From NCBI GenBank assembly GCA_040904565.1, contig JBBDTI010000084.1, forward strand, positions 1-64,000: a stretch of DNA of 64,000 nucleotides. Reading direction: 5' to 3'. The first letter of the stretch is position 1, and the number at the start of each line of letters is the position of its first letter. The notes beneath the pieces are model-generated. The model was not told where the DNA came from and made no database searches. It saw only the letters and a list, made by a program, of their open reading frames with translations. Of the stretch, positions 44,734 to 54,771 are shown piece by piece. Both the position numbers and the translations under genes were made by a program. Source of the DNA: Rhodothermales bacterium. Its GTDB lineage: Bacteria > Bacteroidota > Rhodothermia > Rhodothermales > VXPQ01.

Positions 44734-45369
44734 ATGTTTGAGAGGCTCCGGCGTAGATTTGGTCGAAGACCCAAGCGGCGAAGTAATGCGGAATGGGTGC
44801 GCGATCTTGCGGCGGCCGACTCGCATGCGATCACGGATCTTCGTGCGGAGCTGTTGCGCGGCGTCCGGATCGTACTTCGTCGCCGTGCTCCGGCGAAGGC
44901 GGAGGATCTTGCTGAAGATTTCGTCCAGGAGGCCGTGCTGAAGATCCTCGTTAGCCTCGACTCGTTCCGAGGAGACAGCCGCTTCATGACCTGGGCCCAA
45001 ACCATCGTTGTTCGAGTCGCCTTCACGGAGCTGCGGCGGAAACGATGGGAGAACGTTTCGCTGGACGGACTCGTGGATGAGCGGCCGTTTGGGGGTCTCG
45101 ACGCAGCGGGCGATGCGGCTGTTTCAGAGACGCTGTCTGAGCGGAATGCGGCCGGTCTGCTGCGCGAGCTGATGCAGTCGGAGCTCACCGAGAAGCAGCG
45201 CACCGCGATTGAGGCGGTCATGCTGCACGGCATGCCTATCGATGAGGTAGCGCGGCGGATGGATTCGAACAGAAACGCGCTTTACAAGCTGCTCCACGAT
45301 GCACGCAAGCGGTTGAAGGAAGGATTCGAGGCGCGCGGCCTGACCCTCGAGCAATTGCTCGACGATTAG
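44734..45369 (+). CDS. ECF RNA polymerase sigma factor
   Basis: AEDFVQEA, SFRGDSRFMTW (region 2); LTEKQR...EVARRM...ALYKLLHDARKRLK (region 4). Confidence 0.92.
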   Translation: MFERLRRRFGRRPKRRSNAEWVRDLAAADSHAITDLRAELLRGVRIVLRRRAPAKAEDLAEDFVQEAVLKILVSLDSFRGDSRFMTWAQTIVVRVAFTELRRKRWENVSLDGLVDERPFGGLDAAGDAAVSETLSERNAAGLLRELMQSELTEKQRTAIEAVMLHGMPIDEVARRMDSNRNALYKLLHDARKRLKEGFEARGLTLEQLLDD

Positions 45370-45376
45370 CCCATCG

Positions 45377-45404
45377 GGTAAGGTTTCCTCGCCGTAAAGC
45401 GTCT
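45377..45404 (+). promoter_or_regulatory. ECF-type promoter GGTAAG-N17-CGTCT before the anti-sigma gene
   Basis: Same boxes and spacing recur at 47765-47792 (minus) and 47921-47947 (plus). Confidence 0.65.
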
Positions 45405-45420
45405 GGATGTTGAACGGAGG

Positions 45421-45681
45421 ATGATGAGAATGAAGCTTACGCGTACCGTCATCAAGGCCATACTCGAAGCCGTTTTTGCCACACAGCCGGTCGAAATCGG
45501 CTGCGACGAGTGCTTTGAGCAGGTTCACCGATTTGCAGAGATGGAGCTCGCCGGTGAAGACGCCGCGTCGGCGCTCCCGCTCGTTCAGTCGCACCTCGAA
45601 CGGTGCCGCGACTGCCGGGAGGAATTTGAGATGCTGCTGGCGGCGCTGCGTGCCGTTGCCGGAAACAACTCCCCGAAATGA
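45421..45681 (+). CDS. Soluble zinc-finger (zf-HC2/ZAS) anti-sigma factor
   Basis: CDEC...HLERCRDC; GGAGG RBS; directly after the sigma gene. Confidence 0.85.
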   Translation: MMRMKLTRTVIKAILEAVFATQPVEIGCDECFEQVHRFAEMELAGEDAASALPLVQSHLERCRDCREEFEMLLAALRAVAGNNSPK

Positions 45682-45697
45682 ATGCTTCGTACCTGAG

Positions 45698-46237
45698 ATG
45701 ATGTCCGGAGAGCATAACACCGTATGGAGCCTGTTCCTTCTCGGCGCCGTGATGGTGCTGCTCGTCGTCTCCGGATGCGCGGGGGATGAAGATTCGAGAG
45801 AGGCCGTACGGTCGCCAGTGGCGGTTCTGGAGGCCGCGCCGGATTTCGAGCGTGTCACGATGGAGGGCGACACGCTACGCCTTTCGGAGCTCGATGCGAG
45901 CGCGATCGTGCTCAATTTCTGGGCCACGTGGTGCGCGCCATGCAGGGTCGAAATCCCGGGATTCATAGCGATTCAGGAAGAGATGGACGCTGAGCGGGTC
46001 CGGTTTGTCGGCGTCTCGTTCGACGAAGACGGATTTGAAGCGGTCCGGCCGTACGCTGAAGAAATGGGCATCAATTACCCCCTCGTGATCGGAGACGATG
46101 CACTGGCGAGCGATTTCGGCGGCGTGCCCGGCCTTCCCACCACGTTCTTGCTCGACGGCGGCCTGCACATTCGCCAGCGGTTCGTCGGGGTTGTGGATGA
46201 AGAGACGCTGCGCTCCGTACTGGAGGACATGCTCTAA
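45698..46237 (+). CDS. TlpA/ResA-like thiol-disulfide oxidoreductase lipoprotein
   Basis: VSGC lipobox; NFWATWCAPC, GLPTTF. Confidence 0.9.
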   Translation: MMSGEHNTVWSLFLLGAVMVLLVVSGCAGDEDSREAVRSPVAVLEAAPDFERVTMEGDTLRLSELDASAIVLNFWATWCAPCRVEIPGFIAIQEEMDAERVRFVGVSFDEDGFEAVRPYAEEMGINYPLVIGDDALASDFGGVPGLPTTFLLDGGLHIRQRFVGVVDEETLRSVLEDML

Positions 46238-46632
46238 CGATCCTCCCCGGAGGACGTCTCGCGGACGGAGTGTGCGACGACGCCGGAAGAGGAAACCACG
46301 AGCGTGAACCGGATACGGTCGTCCACGTCGATGCCGCCTACAGAAGCGGTGTCGCTTACGGCGAAGGGCATCGTCATCGCGTGCATGAAGCCGGGTATCT
46401 CGTCGTGTTCGACGACGATATGGCTACCGCTCGGCGTGATGGAGCGCAGGACCCCCGTGACCTCGTAGTGTCGTTCGGAGGGCTCCTCCGTCTCCGGTGG
46501 GGTCGTCGTCATTTCTGCTTCCTGTTCGCCGGGTATCGGAGGAGGATCCGCCGATTCGCTGCTGCAGCTCACCAGGAGCAGACCTGTGAGCAACAGAACG
46601 ACGACGGGGATCGCTGTTGGATATGCGTGCAT
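46234..46632 (-). CDS. CusF-like copper-binding lipoprotein
   Basis: LVSC lipobox; HDEIPGFMHAMTMPF. Confidence 0.85.
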   Translation of the reverse strand: MHAYPTAIPVVVLLLTGLLLVSCSSESADPPPIPGEQEAEMTTTPPETEEPSERHYEVTGVLRSITPSGSHIVVEHDEIPGFMHAMTMPFAVSDTASVGGIDVDDRIRFTLVVSSSGVVAHSVRETSSGEDR

Positions 46633-46673
46633 GTCCCGCTGCTTCCTAACTCGACTACACTCCTGTTCCACGC

Positions 46674-47171
46674 CTAAAGGATGAACGTCCACTCGTCACC
46701 CTGCTGGAGTTCCACGCGCTGGGGGATCAGCACGCCGTTCGATCGGACCTCGCCGCGGACGCGAACGGTCTGCGCCATGTAGTCGGCGAGGACGGCTGGT
46801 GCCGTCACCAGAATCCAGACGTCGGGTCCCCGCTTGTCGTCCAGTAGCAGGCCAACCGGGAAACCGCTGCGGGCGCAGAGGATCGCACAGTCCGGCACGA
46901 ACCCTTGCGGACGATCGTGGTCAAGGCCGGCGTTGGCGTGATCGTCCGCGTAGCAGTGCGTGTCGATGAGCGTGCCGGTCAGAGCGATCACGTCTCCCGG
47001 CGCGGCCGCCATCGGTGGCCGTCCGGACGGATCGGTGGCCCCGTCGCGGCCTTCCGCGGCCTCGTCTTGCCTGCCGTCGGCGTCCGGTGGAATCTCGGGT
47101 TCGTCCGCCTGGCATCCGACCAGCAGTACGAGCACAATAAGGGACGAAAGTATCATAAATCGATGGACCAT
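46674..47171 (-). CDS. Hypothetical lipoprotein with DxxCY...CAxxC motif
   Basis: LVGC lipobox; GTLIDTHCY...CAILCARSGFPVGLL. Confidence 0.75.
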   Translation of the reverse strand: MVHRFMILSSLIVLVLLVGCQADEPEIPPDADGRQDEAAEGRDGATDPSGRPPMAAAPGDVIALTGTLIDTHCYADDHANAGLDHDRPQGFVPDCAILCARSGFPVGLLLDDKRGPDVWILVTAPAVLADYMAQTVRVRGEVRSNGVLIPQRVELQQGDEWTFIL

Positions 47172-47259
47172 AGCGTCGCCGGGCCGAATGGGAACGTCGC
47201 CGGCGAAGTGCATCGAAGCATGCTTCACCGGCGAGCGCTTCACATACGGTCGCCCCCTC

Positions 47260-47679
47260 CTACATCATGGTAGCCAGATGCACCTCTTCCCACTCGCCGT
47301 CGGCGTTCTTCACCTCCAGCTTCGTCGGAATGATACCGCCGGGATAAGCCAGGTCGCCGACGACCCGGGCGTCCTTTGCGGCATGCTCGGCGAGCTGTGG
47401 AGCGGGTGTGACCAGTATGTACACCTGGCCGTCAGCTTCTCCACCCTCCAGGATGCCGACCGGAATGCCCATCTGCGCACAGGCCGTGGCGCAGTTCGGC
47501 AGCTTTCCCATCGTGCCGTCCTCCATAGGGACGACATGTTCGTTGTCGACGTTCATGTGGTTCATGCCGTAACACTTCGTGTCGATCAGCTTGCCCGTCA
47601 CGGTGACGGCTTCAGACGTGCCGTCCGCGCCCGTCAAGACGAACATCATGGCGATGAATAGGGACGTGAGCAATTTCAT
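47260..47679 (-). CDS. Hypothetical secreted protein with DxxCY...CAxxC motif (paralog of 46674-47171)
   Basis: Signal peptide; GKLIDTKCY...CATACAQMGIPVGIL; Met/His-rich insert. Confidence 0.8.
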   Translation of the reverse strand: MKLLTSLFIAMMFVLTGADGTSEAVTVTGKLIDTKCYGMNHMNVDNEHVVPMEDGTMGKLPNCATACAQMGIPVGILEGGEADGQVYILVTPAPQLAEHAAKDARVVGDLAYPGGIIPTKLEVKNADGEWEEVHLATMM

Positions 47680-47764
47680 GGCGTCGACCTACAGTTGGTT
47701 GGGGTGTTGTGACGATGATGGCCAGAGGCATGCTACGTAGGCATGACATCCTCAGGTAATATGA

Positions 47765-47792
47765 AGACGACGTGAGGCGCGGATGTCTTACC
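47765..47792 (-). promoter_or_regulatory. ECF-type promoter GGTAAG-N17-CGTCT
   Basis: Boxes identical to 45377-45404; faces the gene starting at 47679. Confidence 0.65.
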
Positions 47793-47920
47793 TGTAATCC
47801 GTGAATGACTGCGAATCTTTCGATCGTATCGGCCGACGCGGCACGGCGACGGCGCGCCACGGGCACCGGTGGAGCGACGAGATCGTTACGGTTCAAGCGG
47901 TTGTTCGAGGGCGCGAAGAA

Positions 47921-47947
47921 GTAAGGATATTGGGATGCGGCTCGTCC
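47921..47947 (+). promoter_or_regulatory. ECF-type promoter GTAAG-N17-CGTCC
   Basis: Same motif; faces the gene starting at 48015. Confidence 0.6.
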
Positions 47948-48014
47948 AAACAACACAGCAACATGCTACACCGCACTCGAAACGAAGAACACTCAAGAAT
48001 TGCGAAGTCATACC

Positions 48015-48995
48015 ATGACTCTATATACCATCCGCCGCAGCTGGAAATCCGTCCTGGGGACTATTCTGGTCGCCTGCCTGCTTCCACTCGCGCCCGTTCT
48101 CGCGCAGGACGGCGGGGATAGGGCCGAACAGATGGCGCAGCTCAAAGAGATGGCGCCGGCGAAAGGGTACGTGAACGCGCATAAGGACGTCGAGCAGCCG
48201 TTCGGTCTGCTGGGGGGTCCCATCACCGCGACGATCCGGCAGCAGAGCGGCGGCGTCTTTGTGGCCCTGCCCGATCAGCGCGAGCTCGATCCCCGCGTGT
48301 TCGGCACGCCGCAGATGCCCCGTGCGCTTGCGGGAACGCCGGGTGTGAACGGCGTGCCCCTGATGGCCAGGGCGGCGGAGAACGGTGCCTTCACCGTAAT
48401 GTCGCAGCCGTCTCCGTTCGGTGACGCCTTCGTCGCGATGGGCAACGGCCGATTGCAGCTCGACGCGGTCGACGCGACGGCCACGGATGCCGCGCGATCG
48501 GACGATGAGGTCTCCATGATGGCGAGCTGGGAAGACGAGGGAGGAAACACGTACGAGGTGCGATGCTGCCAGATGCTCGCCACGCATGGGATGGAGTTTC
48601 CCACGTTCGGGGGGGTCGTAACGAACCACATCCTGCACGGCTTCACGCGTATCGGGACCGCCCTCATGCCCAGTGAATACACCTACGTGGCCTTCTGGGG
48701 AATGGGTGAAGTCCGAAAGAACGGCGACGTGATCGACCGGCCGCGTTTGGTCCACGGCATGCTCACCGAATACGTCCGCAAGCAAGACTACAAGCTGGCC
48801 TTCGACGAGGAGGTTACGCCGACGCGCCGGCACTTTCACCTGATGGTCGCTCCGTTCATGCCGGTGCCTGAAGAGGGAACGTTCGAGCAGAATCCCGTCA
48901 CGACCGGATTCACGCTGCCCAACGGCATGGAGCTCCCTTTCTGGCACGTGATGTTTGAGAATCTGGAGATCGAAGCGTCTCGCGGCGCGGAATAG
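48015..48995 (+). CDS. Hypothetical secreted His/Met-rich protein
   Basis: Signal peptide VLA-Q; THGMEFPTFGGVVTNHILHG, HGMLT, HFHLM, FWHVMF. Confidence 0.8.
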   Translation: MTLYTIRRSWKSVLGTILVACLLPLAPVLAQDGGDRAEQMAQLKEMAPAKGYVNAHKDVEQPFGLLGGPITATIRQQSGGVFVALPDQRELDPRVFGTPQMPRALAGTPGVNGVPLMARAAENGAFTVMSQPSPFGDAFVAMGNGRLQLDAVDATATDAARSDDEVSMMASWEDEGGNTYEVRCCQMLATHGMEFPTFGGVVTNHILHGFTRIGTALMPSEYTYVAFWGMGEVRKNGDVIDRPRLVHGMLTEYVRKQDYKLAFDEEVTPTRRHFHLMVAPFMPVPEEGTFEQNPVTTGFTLPNGMELPFWHVMFENLEIEASRGAE

Positions 48996-49040
48996 CGAAA
49001 CGTACGCCCGCCCGACGCTCCTCTCTCAGAAAGCAGACCT

Positions 49041-49466
49041 ATGTCGTATAAAACCATCGTACTCGCGGCGATCGCTGCGTGCGGGGTGCTGGCGCTCTTT
49101 ACGTCCGCTGCGGACCCCTCTCTGCCGGAAGCGGCAGTCGACGCCGATCTCGGTTCGGCTCCCGACGCCGTCGTCGGCATGACCAACACGCTCAAGTTCG
49201 AACCGGATACGGTCGAGGTCACCTCCGGAGAGACGGTCGAATGGAGAAACACGTCTCTTTTCGTTCATACCGTAACGGCGGACCCGGACGAAGCGACGCT
49301 CGAAGAGAGCGTTCGGCTGCCGGACGGCGCGGAGGCGTTCGACTCGGGCACGATCGAGCCGGAGGGGGTTTTCCGGCACACGTTTACCACGCCGGGCGTC
49401 TATCGCTATTTCTGCATTCCGCACGAGGGTGTACGGATGTATGGAACGGTGATCGTCGGCGACTAA
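49041..49466 (+). CDS. Plastocyanin/halocyanin-like type 1 blue copper protein
   Basis: HTVT...YFCIPHEGVRM ligand set. Confidence 0.9.
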   Translation: MSYKTIVLAAIAACGVLALFTSAADPSLPEAAVDADLGSAPDAVVGMTNTLKFEPDTVEVTSGETVEWRNTSLFVHTVTADPDEATLEESVRLPDGAEAFDSGTIEPEGVFRHTFTTPGVYRYFCIPHEGVRMYGTVIVGD

Positions 49467-49518
49467 CGGGCGCCTGACGGCCACGGCGGACGGGACGTCG
49501 CCGATCGGTGACCGCGGA

Positions 49519-50991
49519 TCAGACGATGTCTCCGGGTTCGTAGGTGTTGACCGGTCCACGATATCCCATCACCTTTTGAAGGATGCGGACGAAGCGCGGG
49601 GAGTAGTTCCGGATGTACCACTGGTCGGCCGCGCGGCGCGCTCCGAGACCGTAGGTGGGATACGGGTGGATGGTGTCGGAGATCTGGCGGAGCGTCACGC
49701 CGTTCCGCATGGCAACCGCAAACTCTCCGATCAGGTCACCCGCGCCGGCCCCCAGAATGCTGGCGCCCAGGATCTTGCCCGTAAGCTTCTTCGCGAAGAC
49801 CTTGATGAGTCCGGTCGTGTTGCCGTCCGTTACGGCCCGGTCGATCTTGCCGAAGGGAAATCGGTACACCTCGAATCGGGTACCCTGTTCGCGGAGCGCG
49901 GCTTCCGTCGCCCCGACGTGGGCCAGCTCGGGATCCGTGTAGGTTGCCCACGGGACGTGCTCGTCGTCGATCGACATCGGCATCTTCAGAAGCGCATTGG
50001 TAACGGCAACCTTCGCCATGTGTTCGCTCATGTGCGTGAACTGGTACCGGCCCGTTACGTCACCCGCGGCGAAGATATGACGGACGTTCGTCCTGCACCG
50101 ACGGTCCACCGTAACGCCTCTCGTGGTGAAGGCGATGCCGGCTGCGTCCAGACCGAGCTCCTCCACGTTCGGCCGCCGACCCGTCGCGACCAGGAGCGCG
50201 TCCGCTTCGATGGTACGTCGTTCATCGTCTACTTCCATGCCGACGCGCAGCTGAGGGCCGGCTCGCTCGACGCGGCGCACGCCGGCGTTTAGCACGTACT
50301 GGACCCCTTCCTCGACGAGTGCAAGCCGGAGCATGTCGGCCAGCTCCTCATCGTCGTTCGACAGAATACGGTCGAGCCGGTCGATGACGGTGACTTCCGT
50401 TCCCAGACGAACGAACGCCTGGGCCATTTCCGTTCCGATGGGACCCCCGCCAATGATGGCGAGCCGCCGGGGCTGCTCCCGCGGCTCGAAGAGGTTTTCG
50501 TTGGTCAGATAATCGATTTCCTGGAGGCCCTCGATCGGCGGGATGAAGGCGCGGGCGCCGGTCGCGATGACGAAATAGCGCCCCCGGATGGTCTCCGTCC
50601 GGCCCTCTCGTTCCAGCTCGATGGTATGCGCGTCGACGAAGCGGGCGTGGCCCTCCCGCGTCTCGACGCCCATCGCTTCGATCACTTCCGGGCGGTCGGC
50701 GTCGTGATACACGTCTTCGCGCACGGCGTCGACATGCCGCATGACCGCGCGGAAGTCGACCTCTACCGTGCCGCTCGTGATGCCGTAGCGTGCGCTCTGA
50801 CGCACGGTATGTGCAACGGCCGCCGATTTCAGCAGCGTCTTGCTCGGGATGCAGCCGGTCCACGTGCAGTCGCCGCCGAGGCGATCCCGCTCAATCAGGA
50901 GCGATTTCGCGCCCAGATTCGCGCCGACGCCCGCCGCGGTGAGTCCGGCAGCGCCCCCTCCGATGACAATCAGATCGTAATCCTCACTCAT
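49519..50991 (-). CDS. Class I pyridine nucleotide-disulfide oxidoreductase (MerA/Lpd-like)
   Basis: GGGAAG, GGDCTWTGCIPSK, GGGPIG, HPYPT. Confidence 0.9.
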   Translation of the reverse strand: MSEDYDLIVIGGGAAGLTAAGVGANLGAKSLLIERDRLGGDCTWTGCIPSKTLLKSAAVAHTVRQSARYGITSGTVEVDFRAVMRHVDAVREDVYHDADRPEVIEAMGVETREGHARFVDAHTIELEREGRTETIRGRYFVIATGARAFIPPIEGLQEIDYLTNENLFEPREQPRRLAIIGGGPIGTEMAQAFVRLGTEVTVIDRLDRILSNDDEELADMLRLALVEEGVQYVLNAGVRRVERAGPQLRVGMEVDDERRTIEADALLVATGRRPNVEELGLDAAGIAFTTRGVTVDRRCRTNVRHIFAAGDVTGRYQFTHMSEHMAKVAVTNALLKMPMSIDDEHVPWATYTDPELAHVGATEAALREQGTRFEVYRFPFGKIDRAVTDGNTTGLIKVFAKKLTGKILGASILGAGAGDLIGEFAVAMRNGVTLRQISDTIHPYPTYGLGARRAADQWYIRNYSPRFVRILQKVMGYRGPVNTYEPGDIV

Positions 50992-50993
50992 GT

Positions 50994-51347
50994 TTACACG
51001 TAGTCCTTTTTGTTTTCAGGCTTCTCTTGAGCGCGAATCCGTCGTCGAATTTTGTTTACGGTCGAGACGACGCCCGCGCCGATCATCACGGCGATGACGG
51101 CGTAGACCCAGACCGGCACGCCCCTCCCCGCGACCAGTAGATAGAGGTAGGCGGAGATGAAAAAAAACGACGCGCTGAGTGCCGGCAGGACGATGGAGCG
51201 CTTCTTACGCACGTTACGGACGATCCAGGCAACGGAGAGTGTAAAAAATGGGATGGCGCCAATGTAGATGATACCGAATACGATCGGGTTGACGCCGTAT
51301 TCGCGTCCCAATCCCATGAACCAGTCGACCAGGGCATTCCACGTCAT
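50994..51347 (-). CDS. Small three-TM membrane protein
   Basis: Hydrophobic helices; stop is 2 bp before the oxidoreductase start. Confidence 0.7.
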   Translation of the reverse strand: MTWNALVDWFMGLGREYGVNPIVFGIIYIGAIPFFTLSVAWIVRNVRKKRSIVLPALSASFFFISAYLYLLVAGRGVPVWVYAVIAVMIGAGVVSTVNKIRRRIRAQEKPENKKDYV

Positions 51348-51449
51348 GATGTCGCACGCAAGAAGATGTAAGCTGTCGTTCGGATGGCGCCTATTGGAGT
51401 CGTCGCGGCCCTTCGTCGAAAGGTCACGTCACGGCGTTACGCCGTTTGC

Positions 51450-53330
51450 TTATTTGGGCGTTCCCAGCGTCCGGTCCAGGTTGTAGGCTGCGCTGATGAG
51501 CGAGAGATGCGTGAAGGCCTGGGGGAAGTTTCCGAGCGCCTCCCCGTGATGCCCAGTTTCTTCTGCGTACAGGCCGACGTGGTTTGCGTAGCCGAGCATC
51601 TGTTCGAACGTGAGCCGGGCCTGTTCCAGCCATTCCGGCTTCGTCCTGCCTGCACGCGTCATCGCCTCCACCAGCCAGAAGGTACAGATATTAAAGGTAC
51701 CCTCGTCACCCTGCAGTCCGTCGTTACTTTCCTGGAGATTGTAGCGATACACGAGACCGTTGGCGACGAGCCCGCCGTCATCCGGCGAGCGGCGCGTTGC
51801 TTCGAGCGTGCCGAGCATCCGCGGATCGACCGGTGAGACGAAGAAGACCAGCGGCATGATGAGATTGGACGCATCCAGCGCCTCGCCGTCGAGCGTCTGA
51901 ACGAACGACTGCAGCTCTTCATTCCAGCCCCGCGACATGATCGTCTCGTAGATTTCGTCGCGCACGGTTATCCACCGCTGGCGGTCGGCCGGAAACGAGC
52001 GCTTTTCAGCCAGACGCAGACCCCTGTCTACGGCCACCCAGCACATCAGCTTGGAATAGACGAAGTGTTGCCTGCCGCCTCGGATTTCCCACACCCCTTC
52101 ATCCTGTCGCTGCCAGTTGTCGCAAACCCAGTTGACGAATCGGCGAACGGACAGCCAGAGATCGTAAGAAATGCGGGCACCGTGCTTGTTGTACAGATAC
52201 ACGGCATCGAGCAGCTCACCGTAAATGTCAAGCTGCAGCTGATCGTAGGCGCCGTTGCCGATCCGCACGGGACGCGATTCCCGGTATCCCTCGAGGTGGT
52301 CGAGGGATTCTTCGGTCAGCTCGCGCCGTCCGTCGATGCCGTACATGATTTGGAGCGGACTGCGTTCTTTCGTTTCCCGTTCGCACAGGCCCGCCAGATA
52401 CTCCATGAAGGCGGCCGCCTCTTCGTCGAAGCCGATGCGCAGGAAAGCGTACAGCGTGAAGGCAGCGTCGCGGATCCACGTATACCGGTAATCCCAGTTT
52501 CGGCCGCCTCCTATTTCTTCCGGTAGGCTGCACGTCGGTGCCGCTACGATGGCGCCGGTGGGGTCATAGGTCAGGAGCTTGAGCGCGAGCGCGCTGCGCT
52601 CGACGGTTTCGCGCCACCGTCCCGTATAGGTGCACTGCGACAGCCACGTCCGCCAGAAATGCACCGTGTCCTGAAAGACGGACTCGGCCTGCGCTTCGGA
52701 GAGCAGCTGGCCGCAGTCCGTCGATTCACCGATTTCCCGCAAGATGAAGGTGGTCGATTCACCCTCCTCCAGAGAAAAAGAGCACGCAACGCCGCTTCCG
52801 TTCGCCTCAAGGCGGACTTCGCTGGCCAGTCCGAGATGGAGATTCGTGCCGATGAAACAGGCGCCCTGCTCCGTCACCTTTAGTTCGTGCGTTTCGCGTG
52901 CGTAGTCGAAAGCGGGCGTGCACTCCATACTGAACTGAACGGTGCCGCGCACCGCTTTTACGGTCCGTACGATTCGTCGTCGCTTCCTGCTTTCCTCGCT
53001 CGAGCCGACGGGCATATAATCCGTCACCTCTCCGACGCCTTCGGCGGACAGAAATCGGGTAATCAGTATGTTGGTGTCGGGCCAGTAAAACTGCTTGCAT
53101 GCGACATTCTCGGAGGCCGCTCGAATCTGCCAGTACCCGCCTTTCTCATGGTCCAGGAGGCGCGCAAACACGCTCGGGGCGTCGAAGCGCGGCATGCAGC
53201 ACCAGTCGATCGAGCCGTGCATGCTCACGAGCGCGGCGGTGTGCATATCGCCGATCAGACCGTAATCTTCGATCGGTTGATACGCTGGGTCGGAAGACGA
53301 CGGATCCCGGCGTGTCGGAGTTGACTGCAT
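51450..53330 (-). CDS. Glycoside hydrolase family 15 (trehalase/glucoamylase-like)
   Basis: [45 protein letters not shown]. Confidence 0.93.
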   Translation of the reverse strand: MQSTPTRRDPSSSDPAYQPIEDYGLIGDMHTAALVSMHGSIDWCCMPRFDAPSVFARLLDHEKGGYWQIRAASENVACKQFYWPDTNILITRFLSAEGVGEVTDYMPVGSSEESRKRRRIVRTVKAVRGTVQFSMECTPAFDYARETHELKVTEQGACFIGTNLHLGLASEVRLEANGSGVACSFSLEEGESTTFILREIGESTDCGQLLSEAQAESVFQDTVHFWRTWLSQCTYTGRWRETVERSALALKLLTYDPTGAIVAAPTCSLPEEIGGGRNWDYRYTWIRDAAFTLYAFLRIGFDEEAAAFMEYLAGLCERETKERSPLQIMYGIDGRRELTEESLDHLEGYRESRPVRIGNGAYDQLQLDIYGELLDAVYLYNKHGARISYDLWLSVRRFVNWVCDNWQRQDEGVWEIRGGRQHFVYSKLMCWVAVDRGLRLAEKRSFPADRQRWITVRDEIYETIMSRGWNEELQSFVQTLDGEALDASNLIMPLVFFVSPVDPRMLGTLEATRRSPDDGGLVANGLVYRYNLQESNDGLQGDEGTFNICTFWLVEAMTRAGRTKPEWLEQARLTFEQMLGYANHVGLYAEETGHHGEALGNFPQAFTHLSLISAAYNLDRTLGTPK

Positions 53331-53634
53331 GTCTTGACTGCTAAAAAGTATGCATCCGTACGAAGCCGGCTGCGCGGATCCCCGCTAATACGTGGATAGG
53401 CCGGCGCGGGCCAGGGCGCTTCCCGCCGGTCTTGCGTTTCGTCGCCGATCGATATGTTACGTACGGGATGCTCGAAACGTCGTTCGTAGCGTCACTCGTA
53501 ACGGCGCGACGGTTTCGGGAAACAGACGGAGGGCCGAGGATTCCCATGCGAGCCGGTCGAATCGTCGGTTCACCGTTCACCTCACCACGGTGGGTGAACT
53601 GCAGCTAACCGTTTACGATACGTACATCCCTATT

Positions 53635-54750
53635 ATGCCGTTCATCGTTCGCTTCATTGCACTGAGTTTGTTGCTTACGGGGACCGCCTGCGGTCAGAGT
53701 ACGGACCGCCTCGTTGCGGAGCGGTCGGACTGGCAGACCGAATGGGATCGACGGTCGATCGACCTGAGTGAACTCATCCCGGGAGGGCCGCCCAAAGACG
53801 GTATTCCATCCATCGACGATCCTTCGTTTGTTTCGATACAGGACGCACGTCCCTGGCTTGAGGGGAAGGAGCCTGTGATTTCGCTCGCGATCGAGGATGA
53901 GGCGCGAGCCTATCCGCTCCAGATCATGACCTACCACGAGATCGCGAACCACGAACTGGCCGATACCCCGGTCGTCGTGTCCTTCTGCCCGCTGTGTTAC
54001 AGCGCCGTCGTGTTTTCACGCGACGTGGGTGGGGAGGTGCTGACGTTCGGCGTATCCGGACTCCTGCGCCACTCCGATCTCGTCATGTTCGATCGGCAGT
54101 CGGAGAGCCTGTGGCAGCAGGTTACGGGGGAGGCCATCGTGGGCGGTTACACCGGCACGACGCTGGATCGCATCCCGGCCCAGATCATCTCGTTCGCACA
54201 GTTCGCGGAGAGCTATCCGGACGGTCTCGTACTGTCGCGCGATACGGGCTACGATCGGCCGTACGGACGGAATCCGTATGCGGGATATGACGACGTTGGA
54301 CGGCGCCCGTTTCTGTATGACGGACCGACGGACGAACGTCTTCCGCCCATGGAAAAAGTCGTCGCCGTCGAGTCGGGAGAGAGCTACAAGGCCTACCCGC
54401 ACAGCGTCACGCGTGAGCGCCGGGTAATCCATGATGAGCTGGACGGGAGGGCCATCGTCGTGTTTCATGCCGACGGCGCCGTATCGGCTCTGGATGCGGC
54501 CGAGATCCCTTCGAGCCGCGAAATCGGATCGACGGGCGTGTTCGAACGCAGCGTGGGCGAGCGGACACTACACTTTGATTACGACGATGGGCGGTTCGTC
54601 GACCGGGAAACCGGAAGTAGGTGGACGATAACCGGTGAGGCCTTAGACGGTCCGTTGCGCGGACAGCGCCTGACGCCGCTCGACCACGGTGATTATTTCT
54701 CGTTCGCCTGGTTCGCCTTCAGACCCGATACGGAGATTTACACGCCGTGA
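53635..54750 (+). CDS. DUF3179 family lipoprotein
   Basis: TACG lipobox; GGPPKDGIPSID, CPLC, FGVSGLL, FAWFAFRPDT. Confidence 0.9.
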   Translation: MPFIVRFIALSLLLTGTACGQSTDRLVAERSDWQTEWDRRSIDLSELIPGGPPKDGIPSIDDPSFVSIQDARPWLEGKEPVISLAIEDEARAYPLQIMTYHEIANHELADTPVVVSFCPLCYSAVVFSRDVGGEVLTFGVSGLLRHSDLVMFDRQSESLWQQVTGEAIVGGYTGTTLDRIPAQIISFAQFAESYPDGLVLSRDTGYDRPYGRNPYAGYDDVGRRPFLYDGPTDERLPPMEKVVAVESGESYKAYPHSVTRERRVIHDELDGRAIVVFHADGAVSALDAAEIPSSREIGSTGVFERSVGERTLHFDYDDGRFVDRETGSRWTITGEALDGPLRGQRLTPLDHGDYFSFAWFAFRPDTEIYTP

Positions 54751-54771
54751 GCCAACACCTCAACCGCCGGT

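Noticed and set aside
49519-50991. Mercuric reductase merA
   Set aside because: Lacks the C-terminal Cys pair and any mer operon genes
53571-53599. Hairpin GTTCACCTCACC-AC-GGTGGGTGAAC before DUF3179
   Set aside because: Single copy with no U-tract; not supportable as a terminator or REP element
53635-54750. Selenoprotein form of DUF3179
   Set aside because: The motif is CPLC with no in-frame TGA
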